Shown here: positions 1 through 10,802 of the stretch, piece by piece | Layout of the letters: each line of letters starts with the position of its first letter | Position numbering within the stretch: the first letter of the stretch is position 1 | DNA from: a virus | Lineage: Duplodnaviria > Heunggongvirae > Uroviricota > Caudoviricetes | Reading direction: 5' to 3' (one strand) | DNA length: 40,176 nucleotides | IMG/VR virus record: IMGVR_UViG_2698536646_000014 | The notes under the pieces: generated by a model | Seen by the model: the letters and a program-made list of their open reading frames with translations, nothing else | The model's database searches: none | Told to the model about the DNA's origin: nothing | Made by a program: the position numbers and the translations under genes

Positions 1-136
1 CACAACATCCGAGGACAGCATCGTCCGCTGGCCCACAGAAGTCCGGAAAGTCATGGAAGGTCGTTGTTGGGAGGAGGTACAAATTCTCTCATGCAAAAAA
101 TACGTAAAATCGATAATAGCTGGAAATAATTCAATA

Positions 137-198
137 CATGCACTCTCGAAAGTGCATCAGCCAACCGCAGAACGTTATTGCATACAACGTTTCTGCGG
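137..198 (-). terminator. two consecutive hairpins just downstream of tfa; possible end-of-late-operon terminator
   Basis: Inverted repeats atgcact/agtgcat (about 137-156) and ccgcagaacgtt/aacgtttctgcgg (about 165-198), followed on the minus strand by a T-rich stretch. No clean U-tract. Confidence 0.35.
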
Positions 199-212
199 CA
201 TAATCCCAATGA

Positions 213-797
213 TTACTCCCTGACAGGGTTCGTAGGCCACTCAATATCAGGTGCAGTTGACGTATCAACACGGTTCAGCAATACCCGATACTTTTTCCAT
301 GCTTCCAGCAACGAGATTTCTTCCTCCGTTGCAATTTCCAGATCTGCAGCATCCTGAAGCGGCGCAATATGCTCACTGGCTACCTGCATCAGGTTGTTTT
401 TTGTTTCTTCCGCCTCCCGGATCCGGAACAGTTTTTCTGCTTCCGTATCCTTCACCCAGGCTGTGCCGTTCCACTTCTGAAACTCCCCTTCCGGCGATAA
501 CCAGGTAACATTTTCCGGTAACGGACCGAGTTCAGAAATAAATAACGCGTCGCCGGAAGCCACGTCATAAACCGTTTTACCCCGATGATCTTCAACGAGA
601 TGCCACGATGACTCATCACTGTTGAAAACAGCCACGAAGCCAGCCGGAATATCTGGCGGTGCAATATCGGTACTGTTTGCTGGCAGACCTGTATGAGGCG
701 GAATATATGCATCACCTTCACCAATAAATTCATTAGTTCCGGCCAGCAGATTATAAATTTTTATGGTCCGTGGTTGTTCACTCATTCTGAATGCCAT
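213..797 (-). CDS. tfa: tail fiber assembly protein Tfa
   Basis: 194-aa ORF, near-identical over its length to lambda Tfa as recalled ([26 protein letters not shown]...). Start ATG overlaps the stf stop by 1 nt. Confidence 0.93.
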   Translation of the reverse strand: MAFRMSEQPRTIKIYNLLAGTNEFIGEGDAYIPPHTGLPANSTDIAPPDIPAGFVAVFNSDESSWHLVEDHRGKTVYDVASGDALFISELGPLPENVTWLSPEGEFQKWNGTAWVKDTEAEKLFRIREAEETKNNLMQVASEHIAPLQDAADLEIATEEEISLLEAWKKYRVLLNRVDTSTAPDIEWPTNPVRE

Positions 798-3700
798 TAT
801 GCAAGCCTCACAATATAGTTAAATGCGATGTTTTTGACGGTGTTTTCCGCGTTACCCGCAGCGTTAACGGTGATGGTATGTCCATGTGAACCAATCGCAA
901 CGGAGTGCGTATGAGCACCAATACCGACAGTATGCGCGTGTGCACCTGCAGATGCTGCTGTGCCGGACAGTGAATGGCTATGATTACCATCTATACTGGT
1001 ATTCGCTAACCACCCCGTAGACATACCTACTGAGCCTTGTACACCCCAGGTATTTTGACCTGAGCTNNNNNNNNNNNNNNNNNNNNNNNNNNNNNNNNNN
1101 NNNNNNNNNNNNNNNNNNNNNNNNNNNNNNNNNNNNNNNNNNNNNNNNNNNNNNNNNNNNNNNNNNNNNNNNNNNNNNNNNNNNNNNNNNNNNNNNNNNN
1201 NNNNNNNNNNNNNNNNNNNNNNNNNNNNNNNNNNNNNNNNNNNNNNNNNNNNNNNNNNNNNNNNNNNNNNNNNNNNNNNNNNNNNNNNNNNNNNNNNNNN
1301 NNNNNNNNNNNNNNNNNNNNNNNNNNNNNNNNNNNNNNNNNNNNNNNNNNNNNNNNNNNNNNNNNNNNNNNNNNNNNNNNNNNNNNNNNNNNNNNNNNNN
1401 NNNNNNNNNNNNNNNNNNNNNNNNNNNNNNNNNNNNNNNNNNNNNNNNNNNNNNNNNNNNNNNNNNNNNNNNNNNNNNNNNNNNNNNNNNNNNNNNNNNN
1501 NNNNNNNNNNNNNNNNNNNNNNNNNNNNNNNNNNNNNNNNNNNNNNNNNNNNNNNNNNNNNNNNNNNNNNTAAGTATCTTTAAAAACACTGGGGTTAAAT
1601 CGACGGCCATCTCTATGGCTGTGATTACCAGCTGCATTCGTGCTGCCACTTAAACTATGGGTATGCGCACCAGTGTTATTCGTGGATTTAGTGCCGTAAT
1701 CAAACGACGATGTGGTTTTCGTCCCCAAATCCGTACTGGATGCGCTGGCGCTGTGGGTATGCGATTTAATGCCGTCCTGTTCCTGAGACAATACGGCCCG
1801 ACCACTGGCAGGTTTGCCCTTAATCGTCCAGCCACGCATATCAGGGATCACGCCTGACGGATAAGCCGCTGCAAGTTTCGGGTATGCAGATTTGTCAAAA
1901 GCCTGCCCCTGCATCAGGGCATAGCCAGACGGAACGGTATCTGATGGCCACGGGATTGGTGCGCCAGGCGGATAAAACTGCTCTGATGGCGTATAGAGTG
2001 AATAAACTGTACCGTCCGTTAACCCTTCCGGCTTATTAGCAGAATATGCTGGTGACGTATGAATCGTCACGCTGGCATTACTGGTATAATCCCATTGAAT
2101 ATTTACACCAGTCGCATAATTTCCGATTGCAACGTAAATATCGTAAGTATCACCAGATGTATTAACCCAGGCAAAATTTGTAAACCCTGTCAATGTGCGC
2201 TGCCATAAAGCACCAGTAATCCCCTTCGGATTACCATTACCTGCACGTAAAACAAGTTCAGATATACCTGCCTGTTGAGGTGACCCCACGTTAAATCCAG
2301 CGCCACCAATCAACGTAATTGAAACAACAGAACTCGCCTGTGGCATGGTTACCGTTGCTAATTTGAACCAACCAGCACCACCGCTGAATGACATTGTTGT
2401 TGAGTTAAGCGTACCAATATCTTTCGGCGTCAGTGTTATATCCGCTGAAAGCGCCTTACCATTCACCTTACGGGCAGAAGGTACCCGACCATTCGCATTG
2501 TCATTAGCTGCTTTCACTGCTTTCGGTGTCGCAGCAAGCGTTTCAGATGTGCTGTTGGTTGCACTACTGAGCTGGACAATTCCTTTTTGTGCTGTCGTAG
2601 CGTCCTGTGCGGTGTATTTCCCGTTAGCCAGGTCATACGCGGCCTTAACGGCTTTTGGCGTTGCCGCCTGTGACTCGGAAGTGCTGTTAGTCGCACTGCT
2701 GAGCTGAACTATCCCTTTCTGTGCTGTCGTTGCATCCTGTGCGGTGTATTTCCCGTTAGCCAGGTCATACGCGGCCTTAACGGCTTTTGGCGTTGCCGCC
2801 TGTGACTCGGAAGTGCTGTTGGTCGCACTGCTGAGCTGTACTATCCCCTTTTTCGTCGTGCTCGCATCCTCAAGCGCCACGGCGGATGCAATATCCTCTG
2901 CCCGTTTTGCTGCTGTCTCGGCGCGCGTTGCCGCGGATTCCGCCGTACTTTTGCTCTGTGCTGCCGCTGCCGCACTGCCAGCAGCCTCTGTCGCCTTCGT
3001 GGATGCCGTCGTGGCGCTGCCCCTCGCTGCTGACGCCTGTCTGGTCGCCTCATCTTTTGAAGCAGACGCAGATGATGCCGATGACGCCGCCGAACTGGCG
3101 GACGATGCGGCAGCCGTTTTTGAGGATTCTGCGCTGGTTTCCGACGCTTTCGCGTTCGTTTCGGATGTCTTCGCTGCGGAAGCAGACCTCGCTGCTGCGC
3201 TGGCCTGTTCAGTGGCTTCGCCAGCCTTCGTTGTGGCTGTTGAAGCGGATGATGCGGCGCTTTCTGCCGATTTTCCGGCGGCGGTGGCACTGACTGCTGC
3301 CTCCTCTGCCTTAATGGACGCCTCACGGGCCGATGATGCAGCTGCTGTCTCAGAGTCTGCCGCAGCTGAGGCGCTCTGTTCCGCTGCCGTTTCAGAAGAC
3401 TTAGCATTCGTCTCGGACGTTTTTGCCGCCTTCACGGAATTTCCTGCCGCCGTTGCCGAGGAGGCTGCACTGCTGGCGCTTGTGGAGGCGTTCGTTTCTG
3501 ATGATTTTGCCGCCTCTTTGGAGGCCGCCGCATCTCTGGCTGAAGTGGCGGCTTCTGACGCTTTCGTTGTCGCAGTGGATGCAGAAGTGGCTGCTGATTT
3601 TTGTGACGCTGCAGCATTCGTTTCTGACGTTTTCGCCGCACCGGCACTGGTGGCCGCCGCGCTTTTTGAGGACTCTGCAGCGGCAGCACTTTTTGATGCT

Positions 3701-4580
3701 TCAGTGGCCTTTGTTGATGCCGTTCCTGCGCTGGAAGACGCCTCCTGAGCCGAAGTCGCGGCCTGTCCGGCTGACGTGCTGGCTGCACGCGCTGAGCCTG
3801 CAGCATCAGTCGCATGGGTTGCCGCCTCACGGGCAGATGTGCCGGCATCACTGGCTGACTTCTTCGCGGCTGCCGTGTTCTGTGCCACCGCGGACGCGTT
3901 ACGCGCCACCTCTTCCACCATCAGTTCAAAACGGCGCAGAGCCTCCGGACGGGCATCATCCTCCGTCATGGCACCGAGAAAATCATTCAGCGTACCGGGT
4001 CGGGAATCTTCATACACGGTGATGGTCCCGGCATGTGACGGCGGGAATCCTTCCACCAACAGAATAACGCTGTACTGACCGTACTCAANNNNNNNNNNNN
4101 NNNNNNNNNNNNNNNNNNNNNNNNNNNNNNNNNNNNNNNNNNNNNNNNNNNNNTTGCCGCCTCACGGGCTGATGTGCTGGCATCGCTGGCTGATTTCTTC
4201 GCGGCTGCCGTGTTCTGTGCCACCGCGGACGCGTTACGCGCCACCTCTTCCACCATCAGTTCAAAGCGGCGCAGTGCCTCAGGACGGGCATCATCCTCCG
4301 TCATGGCACCGAGAAAATCATTCAGCGTACCGGGTCGGGAATCTTCATACACGGTGATGGTCCCGGCATGTGACGGCGGGAATCCTTCCACCAACAGAAT
4401 AACGCTGTACTGACCGTACTCAACGTCCATGCTGTAACGCCCGGCTTCATCCGGATTTTCTGAGGCCAGCGTGTTCACCACCACCGTGGTGCTGTTACGT
4501 TTTGCTTTCAGCTGGATTGTGCAGTTCTGTACCGGTTTTCCTGTGCCGTCTTTCAGTACACCTGAAATCTTTACTGCCAT
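797..4580 (-). CDS. stf: side tail fiber protein Stf, interrupted by two scaffold gaps; reading frame across gaps not recoverable
   Basis: N-terminus [26 protein letters not shown] and C-terminus ...[31 protein letters not shown] match lambda Stf. Ala/Ser-rich shaft with phage-tail-fibre repeats. True start is the ATG at 4580 (track start 4586 is GTG), preceded by GGGGTG. Confidence 0.85.
1067..1570. other. assembly gap (run of N) inside stf
   Basis: Continuous n characters; the translated X-run in the ORF track is an artefact. Confidence 1.
2520..2860 (-). repeat. about 3.3 tandem copies of a 132-bp unit inside stf, encoding a 44-aa tail-fibre repeat
   Basis: Direct repeats gtgctgtt(g/a)gt(t/c)gcact... 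seen three times; protein repeat [44 protein letters not shown] x3. Confidence 0.85.
4089..4153. other. assembly gap (run of N) inside stf, flanked by near-identical duplicated sequence
   Basis: About 265 bp on each side (about 3822-4088 and 4154-4420) are roughly 97% identical, consistent with unmerged contig ends or collapsed paralogous stf copies. Confidence 0.9.
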
Positions 4581-4589
4581 ATTCACCCC

Positions 4590-4618
4590 ACAAAAAAGCC
4601 CGCCTGAACCGGCGGGCT
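4590..4618 (-). terminator. intrinsic terminator between lom and stf
   Basis: Minus strand: agcccgcc-ggttca-ggcgggct hairpin followed by TTTTTTG. Confidence 0.7.
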
Positions 4619-4644
4619 GTCATAACACTGTGTTACCTGGCTAA

Positions 4645-5244
4645 TCAGAATTTATAACCGACACCCACGATGAAACCGTCAGTGCGCCAGTCGCCACTGC
4701 CGGAGCCTTCATAAGCAATATCAATGGCCACGGATTCGGTCGGGTTAAACTGCACGCCAGCTCCCCACGCCAGAGACGTGTTGCTGTGGCGACCGTCATC
4801 ACTTCCGGTCAGCACATCGTGCGTTTTCCCCTTGTTGTCAGTTACGCGAAGATAATCCCCGGAGAAAGTCGACACACGGCTGTAAGCCACACCCGCCATC
4901 GCATACGCGCTGAACCATTCATTCACGCGCACAGACGGCCCCGCCATTACGCTGAACCAGCGGTTACGAACGGAATCTTCATGCCAGCGGGTATCGCTGT
5001 AACGGGTCAGCTGGCGATTCTTGTCTCCTGCATAGCTGAATGACGTCACCAGCCCCAGTGTGTCCGTAAACTCATAACGGTATTTCACGTTAATCCCGTT
5101 CAGATCATCACTGCCGGGGACGTTCGTCGAGGCATGAAGATACCCCGCGCTCAGCGTGGACTGATGTTCAGACGCCCATGCAGGCGCACCGGATACGGCC
5201 AGACAAATGGCTGCGGACAAAATTGCTGCACAAACTTTACGCAT
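4645..5244 (-). CDS. lom: outer membrane protein Lom (Ail/Lom family)
   Basis: 199-aa ORF with signal peptide (MRKVCAAILSAAICLAVSGAPAWA) and beta-barrel ending ...GVGYKF; matches lambda Lom. RBS GAGAGGT. Confidence 0.9.
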   Translation of the reverse strand: MRKVCAAILSAAICLAVSGAPAWASEHQSTLSAGYLHASTNVPGSDDLNGINVKYRYEFTDTLGLVTSFSYAGDKNRQLTRYSDTRWHEDSVRNRWFSVMAGPSVRVNEWFSAYAMAGVAYSRVSTFSGDYLRVTDNKGKTHDVLTGSDDGRHSNTSLAWGAGVQFNPTESVAIDIAYEGSGSGDWRTDGFIVGVGYKF

Positions 5245-5265
5245 AATTACCTCTCGCTTTTCTGC

Positions 5266-5292
5266 AATAAAAAAGGCGTCATTCCTGACGCC
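5266..5292 (-). terminator. intrinsic terminator between J and lom
   Basis: Hairpin ggcgtca-ttcc-tgacgcc flanked by an A-run (plus strand) / T-run (minus strand). Confidence 0.6.
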
Positions 5293-5314
5293 CTTTATTG
5301 GGGTTATAAATATT

Positions 5315-8300
5315 TCAACGAATACTGATGCCGGAAGCGGCTTTTTTGGTCACAATCACCGTACAGTCGGTGATATTGCCTGCCCCCTGATTGCCTTTCT
5401 GGAAAATCTTAAACTCCAGAGTGACGCTTCCCCTGCCACTCGGCATATCAATAACTGCACTGTAACTACCGGGAATGGCCCCTTTAGTTTCTCTGGATGC
5501 GATTAATACGCCGTTTTTGCGAACTTCAAAACCATAACCCGTGTATCGCGTGCCTCCTGGGTTATTTCCGCTCCCCGGATCGTCATACGCTATACCGTTA
5601 AAAATAATGGGCGGAATAATAATCTGGCGGTCAAAGTTATGATCATCGCTGATGGTGACTGTAACCGTACCGTTTGGTGTTTCCGTGTTACCCCACGTAC
5701 CGACTTTTTTCGGGAAGGCTTTTGATACAGCTTTAACGAAATCTCCTCTGACCTGGGTCGCCTCCAGCATGCCCTTAATCGTACAGTTCTGGTTAATCGT
5801 GACATTGTTGAGCGTCCCTGAATTTGCATTCACATTACCGCTGATATCCGCATTTTTAGCGGTCAGCTTTCCGTCTGGTGTCAGGGAAAATGCCGGCGGA
5901 TTTCCACCGCTGGTAATGGTGGGAGCCGTCAGGCGTTTCAGGAACACGTCATTCATGAATATCTGGTTGCCCTGCGCCACAAACATCGGCGTTTCATTCC
6001 CGTTTGCCGGGTCAATAAACGCGATACGGTTAGCGGCAACCAGAAACTGGCTCAGTTTGCCTTCCTCCGTGTCCTCCATGCTGAGGCCAATACCCGCGAC
6101 ATAATGTTTGCCGTCTTTGGTCTGCTCAATTTTGACGCCCCACATGGCATTCCACTTATCGTTGGCGTCCTTCCACTCTTTCGAAAACTCCTCCAGTCTG
6201 CTGGCGTTATCCTCCGTCAGGTCGACTTTTTCCAGCAGCTCCTGGCCGAGATGGGATTCGGTTATCTGGCCTTTGAAAAAATCCAGGTAACCTTCCGCAT
6301 CATCGCTCGCCCGACCGACAGCCTCCACGAATGCTGATTTGCCGACGGTGTTCACACTGCGGATATAAAAGTAATAATCATGGCCCGGCTTAATATTGAT
6401 ACTGGCGGCTATCCAGTACAGCCCCGTGCCAAGGTAGCGGGCTGTGGTTTCAACCTGCCTGATATCCGCAATCCGTTTTTCCGAGAACCAGAACTCAAAC
6501 TGTACCGTCGGGTCATAAACCGCAAGATGCGGCGTGGCGGTTATCTGAAAATAGCCCGGCGTCAGCTCAATCCGCGACGGCGCTGCCGGTGCGGCAATCC
6601 GGAACGATACCGACGCCGGATCGCCCTGCTGCCCCCACGCATTTACTGCCCGGACTGTCAGCCTGTAGTTCCCCAGAGCCAGTTGTGTGAAGCGGTAAGT
6701 GGTTTCCGTCGTCCGGGCCGTGCTGACCAGCCGCTCACGGCCGTCATCCGCTGCCACGGTCAGGCGAAGCAGGAAGCTCACGCCCTTCACCACCTTCGGC
6801 GTGTCCCAGCGGGCCAGCACCTGGTATTCCCCGCTGTCTGCGGTGACTTCTGCGGTCAGGTGCTGCACCGCTGGCGGCGTGACACCATTTACCGTGCCGC
6901 TCTGGTCGCCGTCAAAGTGCGCCCCGTTATCCACGATGGCCTCTTTTTCCGGTACATGCTGCACGGCAGTGATGGCATACGTGCCGTCGTCGTTCTCACG
7001 GATACTCACGCAGCGGAACAGGCGCTGGCGCAGCGTCGGCAGCTTCAGCCCCCATACGCTGTATTCAGCAACGCCGTCAGGAACACGGCTCACTTTCACC
7101 TTCACGCCGTCGGTGACGGACTGAACCTCCACGCTGACCGGACTCCCCTGCCCGTCAACCAGGCTTATCAGCGTGGTGCCGGAAGATGGCAGCGTGATTT
7201 CACGGTCGAGCGTCAGCGTCCGGGTCTGGCTGTTTACCGCCAGCACGCGCCCGCCGGTGCGGATACCGGCATAGTCATCATCGCAGATTTCAATGACATC
7301 GCCCGGTACATGGCGAAGCCCTTCGGCACCCACGCTGAAGTCCACGGTCTGCGTTTCCAGCAGTTCTGTTTTAATCAGCCACAGCCCGGCGCGGTGTGCC
7401 TGCCCCCGGCTGGTACAGCCAAAAGCATCCATCTTCGTGACGTTACGACCGTAACGGGCAATGGCCTGCGTGTCCTCCACAAGCTCTGTCGCCGTCTCCC
7501 AGCCGTTATTCGGGTCAATCCAGTTCACCTCAACGGCATTATGGCGGTCCTTCAGGGCGCTGAANTGGGTCAGCATATCCCACAGACACCAGGCCATGTT
7601 GTTGCTGTATGCTGGCTTAAACGTTCCGTCCCAGATACCGCTGTATTGCCGCGTCTGCGGGTTATAGCTCGACGGCACCTGCAGAATGCGCCCGCGCAGA
7701 TGATAATTACGGCTCACCTGCTGGCTGCCGAACTGCTCCGAATCCACCTGCACGCCGACCAGTGCCGTGTTCGGGTAGCACTGTTTCACATCGATGATTT
7801 CGGTGTATGACGACCAGAGCGTTTTGTTCTGCAGCTGGTCTGTGGTGCTGTCCGGCGTCATCCTGCGCATCCGTATATTGAACGGGCGCGGCGGCAGGTT
7901 ACCCACCACCACCGAGGCCAGATACTGCGAGGTGGTTTTGCCCTTAATGGTGATGTCTTTTTCCGTCACCCAGCCACCATTACGTTGTATCTGAACCAGC
8001 AGGCGGACTTCCGACGGATTCCTGTCCCCCTTTGAGGTGGTTTCCACCAGTGCCTGCACACCGAAGGTAAAGCGCAGACGGTCAATGTTTGCCGACGTGA
8101 TGGTCCGGGTGATCGGCGTGTCGTATTTCACTTCCGTACCCAGTACCGTCTCGGAACCTGATGATTCAAATCCCTCCGGCGGTGTCTGTTCCTGCTCACC
8201 TGCCCGGAACACCACCGTGACACCAGAGATGTTGGTATTCCCCTCACTGTCCAGCACCGGTGTACTGTTCAGCAGCACGCTTTTTAATCCATCCACCGGA

Positions 8301-8410
8301 CCTTCAACCGGCCCTTCGCTGATGGTATCGATCACACTCAGCAACTGCGTGGACTTCAGGTTGTCCTTTGCTTCGCGCGGGGTATGCCCCTTACTGCTGC
8401 CTTTACCCAT
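5315..8410 (-). CDS. J: tail tip / host specificity protein J (central tail fibre); one ambiguous base, about 100 residues missing relative to lambda J, non-lambda C-terminal domain
   Basis: [28 protein letters not shown]... matches lambda J through most of its length. Single n at 7565 sits where about 100 aa of lambda J (HPRYGMGK...APFRYS) are absent. Last roughly 150 aa do not match the lambda LamB-binding domain. Confidence 0.9.
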   Translation of the reverse strand: MGKGSSKGHTPREAKDNLKSTQLLSVIDTISEGPVEGPVDGLKSVLLNSTPVLDSEGNTNISGVTVVFRAGEQEQTPPEGFESSGSETVLGTEVKYDTPITRTITSANIDRLRFTFGVQALVETTSKGDRNPSEVRLLVQIQRNGGWVTEKDITIKGKTTSQYLASVVVGNLPPRPFNIRMRRMTPDSTTDQLQNKTLWSSYTEIIDVKQCYPNTALVGVQVDSEQFGSQQVSRNYHLRGRILQVPSSYNPQTRQYSGIWDGTFKPAYSNNMAWCLWDMLTXFSALKDRHNAVEVNWIDPNNGWETATELVEDTQAIARYGRNVTKMDAFGCTSRGQAHRAGLWLIKTELLETQTVDFSVGAEGLRHVPGDVIEICDDDYAGIRTGGRVLAVNSQTRTLTLDREITLPSSGTTLISLVDGQGSPVSVEVQSVTDGVKVKVSRVPDGVAEYSVWGLKLPTLRQRLFRCVSIRENDDGTYAITAVQHVPEKEAIVDNGAHFDGDQSGTVNGVTPPAVQHLTAEVTADSGEYQVLARWDTPKVVKGVSFLLRLTVAADDGRERLVSTARTTETTYRFTQLALGNYRLTVRAVNAWGQQGDPASVSFRIAAPAAPSRIELTPGYFQITATPHLAVYDPTVQFEFWFSEKRIADIRQVETTARYLGTGLYWIAASINIKPGHDYYFYIRSVNTVGKSAFVEAVGRASDDAEGYLDFFKGQITESHLGQELLEKVDLTEDNASRLEEFSKEWKDANDKWNAMWGVKIEQTKDGKHYVAGIGLSMEDTEEGKLSQFLVAANRIAFIDPANGNETPMFVAQGNQIFMNDVFLKRLTAPTITSGGNPPAFSLTPDGKLTAKNADISGNVNANSGTLNNVTINQNCTIKGMLEATQVRGDFVKAVSKAFPKKVGTWGNTETPNGTVTVTISDDHNFDRQIIIPPIIFNGIAYDDPGSGNNPGGTRYTGYGFEVRKNGVLIASRETKGAIPGSYSAVIDMPSGRGSVTLEFKIFQKGNQGAGNITDCTVIVTKKAASGISIR

Positions 8411-8470
8411 TCCTCACGCTCCATAAACGACAAAACCGCCCGGAGGCGGTTTCACATAAAACATTTTGCA

Positions 8471-9118
8471 TCAGCGACCAATCACCACAACCTGACCACC
8501 ATCCCCTTCGTCTGCCGTGCTGATCTCCTGAGAAACCACACGTGACCCCACGCGCATTTCACCGTACAGAACAGGCAGAACATTGCCCTGGGCAACCATG
8601 TTATCCAGTGAGGAGAAATAGGTGTTCTGTTTGCCGTTATCTGTACTGGCTGCCGTGGGCGTCCTGGCTTTCGGTGCCAGCATCTGCGCCACTCCGCCCA
8701 GGATCATACTGGCCCCTGCCGCATACATGCCCGATACAGCCGCGGCCCCCAGCCAGCCCACAGGGTTCCACCATGCCACCGCAATCAGCGCCGCCCCAAG
8801 CACCACCTGAAACACACCGCCACTTTTAGCTCCCGCCAGACGCGGCACGATGTGGATCACGGCACCATTTGCCAGCGGCTCATTAAGACGGGCAGATAAT
8901 TCATTTTCGCCTGCATCACGCCCGGCAATGCGCACCTGATACCAGCCCTCATTCAGTTTCTGACGAAACGCCGGGATCTGCATGGCCAGCGCCCGGATGG
9001 CTTCGGACCCCGTTTTCACTCGAAGGTCGATGCGGCGGCCAAATCGTTGTAAATCCCCGTAAAGGCAGATGCGTGCCATGCCCGGTGACGCCAGAGGGAG
9101 TGTGTGCGTCGCTGCCAT
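8471..9118 (-). CDS. I: tail assembly protein I
   Basis: MAATHTLPLASPGMARICLYGDLQRFGRRIDLRVKTG... matches lambda I; overlaps K by about 100 bp as in lambda. Confidence 0.9.
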   Translation of the reverse strand: MAATHTLPLASPGMARICLYGDLQRFGRRIDLRVKTGSEAIRALAMQIPAFRQKLNEGWYQVRIAGRDAGENELSARLNEPLANGAVIHIVPRLAGAKSGGVFQVVLGAALIAVAWWNPVGWLGAAAVSGMYAAGASMILGGVAQMLAPKARTPTAASTDNGKQNTYFSSLDNMVAQGNVLPVLYGEMRVGSRVVSQEISTADEGDGGQVVVIGR

Positions 9119-9759
9119 TTGTCGGTATACCTCTCTCGTTTGCTCAGTTGTTCAGGAATATGGTGCAGCAGCTCGCCGTCACCACAGTAAATGGCGGCAT
9201 GATTCGGCACCGATGAACCAAAACAGCACAGCAGCACATCGCCCGGCTGCGCCGCTGACAACGGCACCTGATACAGCCCTGTAGCCTCCAGATTATCCAG
9301 ATAGAGATTCTGACCATTACGCCACCAGTCGTCCTCACGATGAAAATCTGGCATCTCAATTCCCGCCAGATGGTAAGCGTCCCGGAACAGCGTGTAACAG
9401 TCCGTCACCCCGTGCTCAAAGCGCCGCCCGGTAAGATGTGGCACACAGCGGAACTTGTGAATCGCCCCCCGGCAGACCAGCCACCACGGCAAATCACTCT
9501 GCACCTGCAGCCGCCGGTCGGCCTCACTCAGCCAGGGCAGACCACCGGGGTGGCTGTGGACCAGCGCCACAATCTCACCCTGCATCTCTGCCCGCAGCCA
9601 GTCCTCCGGCGACATCCGGAAATACTCCTCCGGCTCACCGGAGATATTCACGCAGGGAAAATATCTTTCCCCCTCCGGTGTTCTCACCACGAAGCCGCAC
9701 GACTCCGCTGGCGCACATCGCCGGGCGTGCGCCAGAATCGCTGATTCTGTCTCTGTCAT
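9016..9759 (-). CDS. K: tail assembly protein K (JAB/MPN + NlpC/P60-like)
   Basis: MTETESAILAHARRCAPAESCGFVV..., HSHP motif and C-terminal Cys/His residues; matches lambda K as recalled. Confidence 0.85.
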   Translation of the reverse strand: MTETESAILAHARRCAPAESCGFVVRTPEGERYFPCVNISGEPEEYFRMSPEDWLRAEMQGEIVALVHSHPGGLPWLSEADRRLQVQSDLPWWLVCRGAIHKFRCVPHLTGRRFEHGVTDCYTLFRDAYHLAGIEMPDFHREDDWWRNGQNLYLDNLEATGLYQVPLSAAQPGDVLLCCFGSSVPNHAAIYCGDGELLHHIPEQLSKRERYTDKWQRRTHSLWRHRAWHASAFTGIYNDLAAASTFE

Positions 9760-9764
9760 GGGAT

Positions 9765-10463
9765 TTACTGCGAAAGTTTGTTAATGGAAAGGAAGCCGCC
9801 AAAGTTGCCGACGTTATTGCGAAACTTACAGCCGCTCAGGCATTTGCTGCATTTATCCTTCGTGATATCGGACGTCGGCTGATCATATTCATCCGCGACC
9901 GCCGGACCGTGATAACCGCACTCATCGCCGCGATAGGTCCAGGTGCAGGTGTTGGCCAGCATGATACGTCCCGGAAAAACGGCACCGTCCGTTTCCGTCG
10001 GCGTGGACAGTACAAAAGAGGCACTCACCGCGCTCAGTTCGCTGCACTGCTCGATGCGCCAGCGGCTGATCACCTCCTGCTCCGGATCGGCGTCACTGTT
10101 TCCGTTGACGAAGTTCACCGCATCCAGAAAACGGGCGTAAACCTTACGCCGGACCACCGTTCCGCCGACCAGACTCTGCAGATCTTCCGCCATCCCGGTG
10201 ACCATGCCGTGCAGGTTAGAAACCGTCAGTGTCGGACGGGCAGCACTGCCCTTGCCGTTCAGTTCAAATCCCGTCCCCTGAATGGGATACGCCTGATACT
10301 GTCGCCCCTGCCAGGTGACCGGCTCACCTTTTTCGTTCTGCTCATTACAGAAAAAATAACGTTCTCCACCGACCTCTGTCAGATCGATTTCCCAGAGCAC
10401 CACCTGGGCTGACTGAGTGAGGCGTGTCGTCTCATGATGTGTTTCCTGTGGAATATCCTGCAT
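9765..10463 (-). CDS. L: minor tail protein L
   Basis: 232-aa ORF MQDIPQETHHETTRLTQSAQVVLWEIDLTEVGGERYFFCNEQ..., matches lambda L in length and sequence. Confidence 0.9.
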   Translation of the reverse strand: MQDIPQETHHETTRLTQSAQVVLWEIDLTEVGGERYFFCNEQNEKGEPVTWQGRQYQAYPIQGTGFELNGKGSAARPTLTVSNLHGMVTGMAEDLQSLVGGTVVRRKVYARFLDAVNFVNGNSDADPEQEVISRWRIEQCSELSAVSASFVLSTPTETDGAVFPGRIMLANTCTWTYRGDECGYHGPAVADEYDQPTSDITKDKCSKCLSGCKFRNNVGNFGGFLSINKLSQ

Positions 10464-10472
10464 CAGAGACTC

Positions 10473-10802
10473 CTATGCCACGACCTGTTCAAAATCTGCC
10501 GTTATGGTTACCCACAACGCCCCCACGCTTGCCGACCATTTACGACAAACCACCCTGATCGGCTTCCAGTCATAAGGTGGCGTCCACTGAAATGCGCGGA
10601 CGCCACCGTGCCGTTCCAGAAAGGCTTTTAAAGATGGGTGTTCACATTTACGAACACGTATCGTCACGCTGTAAGTCGACAACTGGTTATTCAGTCCCGC
10701 CGCACGACGCTGTTCATAACCATCGCCCAGCTTCACTGTCACCACTTTCGGCTCTGATACCACATTCATATCCGGGCGCACTTTCCAGTGAAACGTCTCC
10801 AT
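10473..10802 (-). CDS. M: minor tail protein M
   Basis: 109-aa ORF METFHWKVRPDMNVVSEPKVVTVKLGDGYEQRRAAGLNNQL...; same length as lambda M; start overlaps the H stop (TAATG). Confidence 0.9.
   Translation of the reverse strand: METFHWKVRPDMNVVSEPKVVTVKLGDGYEQRRAAGLNNQLSTYSVTIRVRKCEHPSLKAFLERHGGVRAFQWTPPYDWKPIRVVCRKWSASVGALWVTITADFEQVVA

Noticed and set aside
984-1649. 221-aa ORF consisting mostly of X
   Set aside because: Translation of the N-run scaffold gap; not real sequence.
2744-3748. 334-aa plus-strand ORF (and overlapping minus-strand ORFs at 2841-3407 and 3432-3851) inside the tail fibre gene
   Set aside because: Antisense or out-of-frame to stf; Ala/Arg/Pro-rich low-complexity translation produced by the GC-rich repeats; no start or RBS context.
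6380-7810. 476-aa plus-strand ORF opposite J
   Set aside because: Antisense to a gene matching lambda J; Arg/Pro/His-rich composition typical of a spurious antisense frame in GC-rich DNA.
9438-10412. 324-aa plus-strand ORF opposite K and L
   Set aside because: Antisense to genes matching lambda K and L; Pro/Arg/Ala-rich, no RBS.
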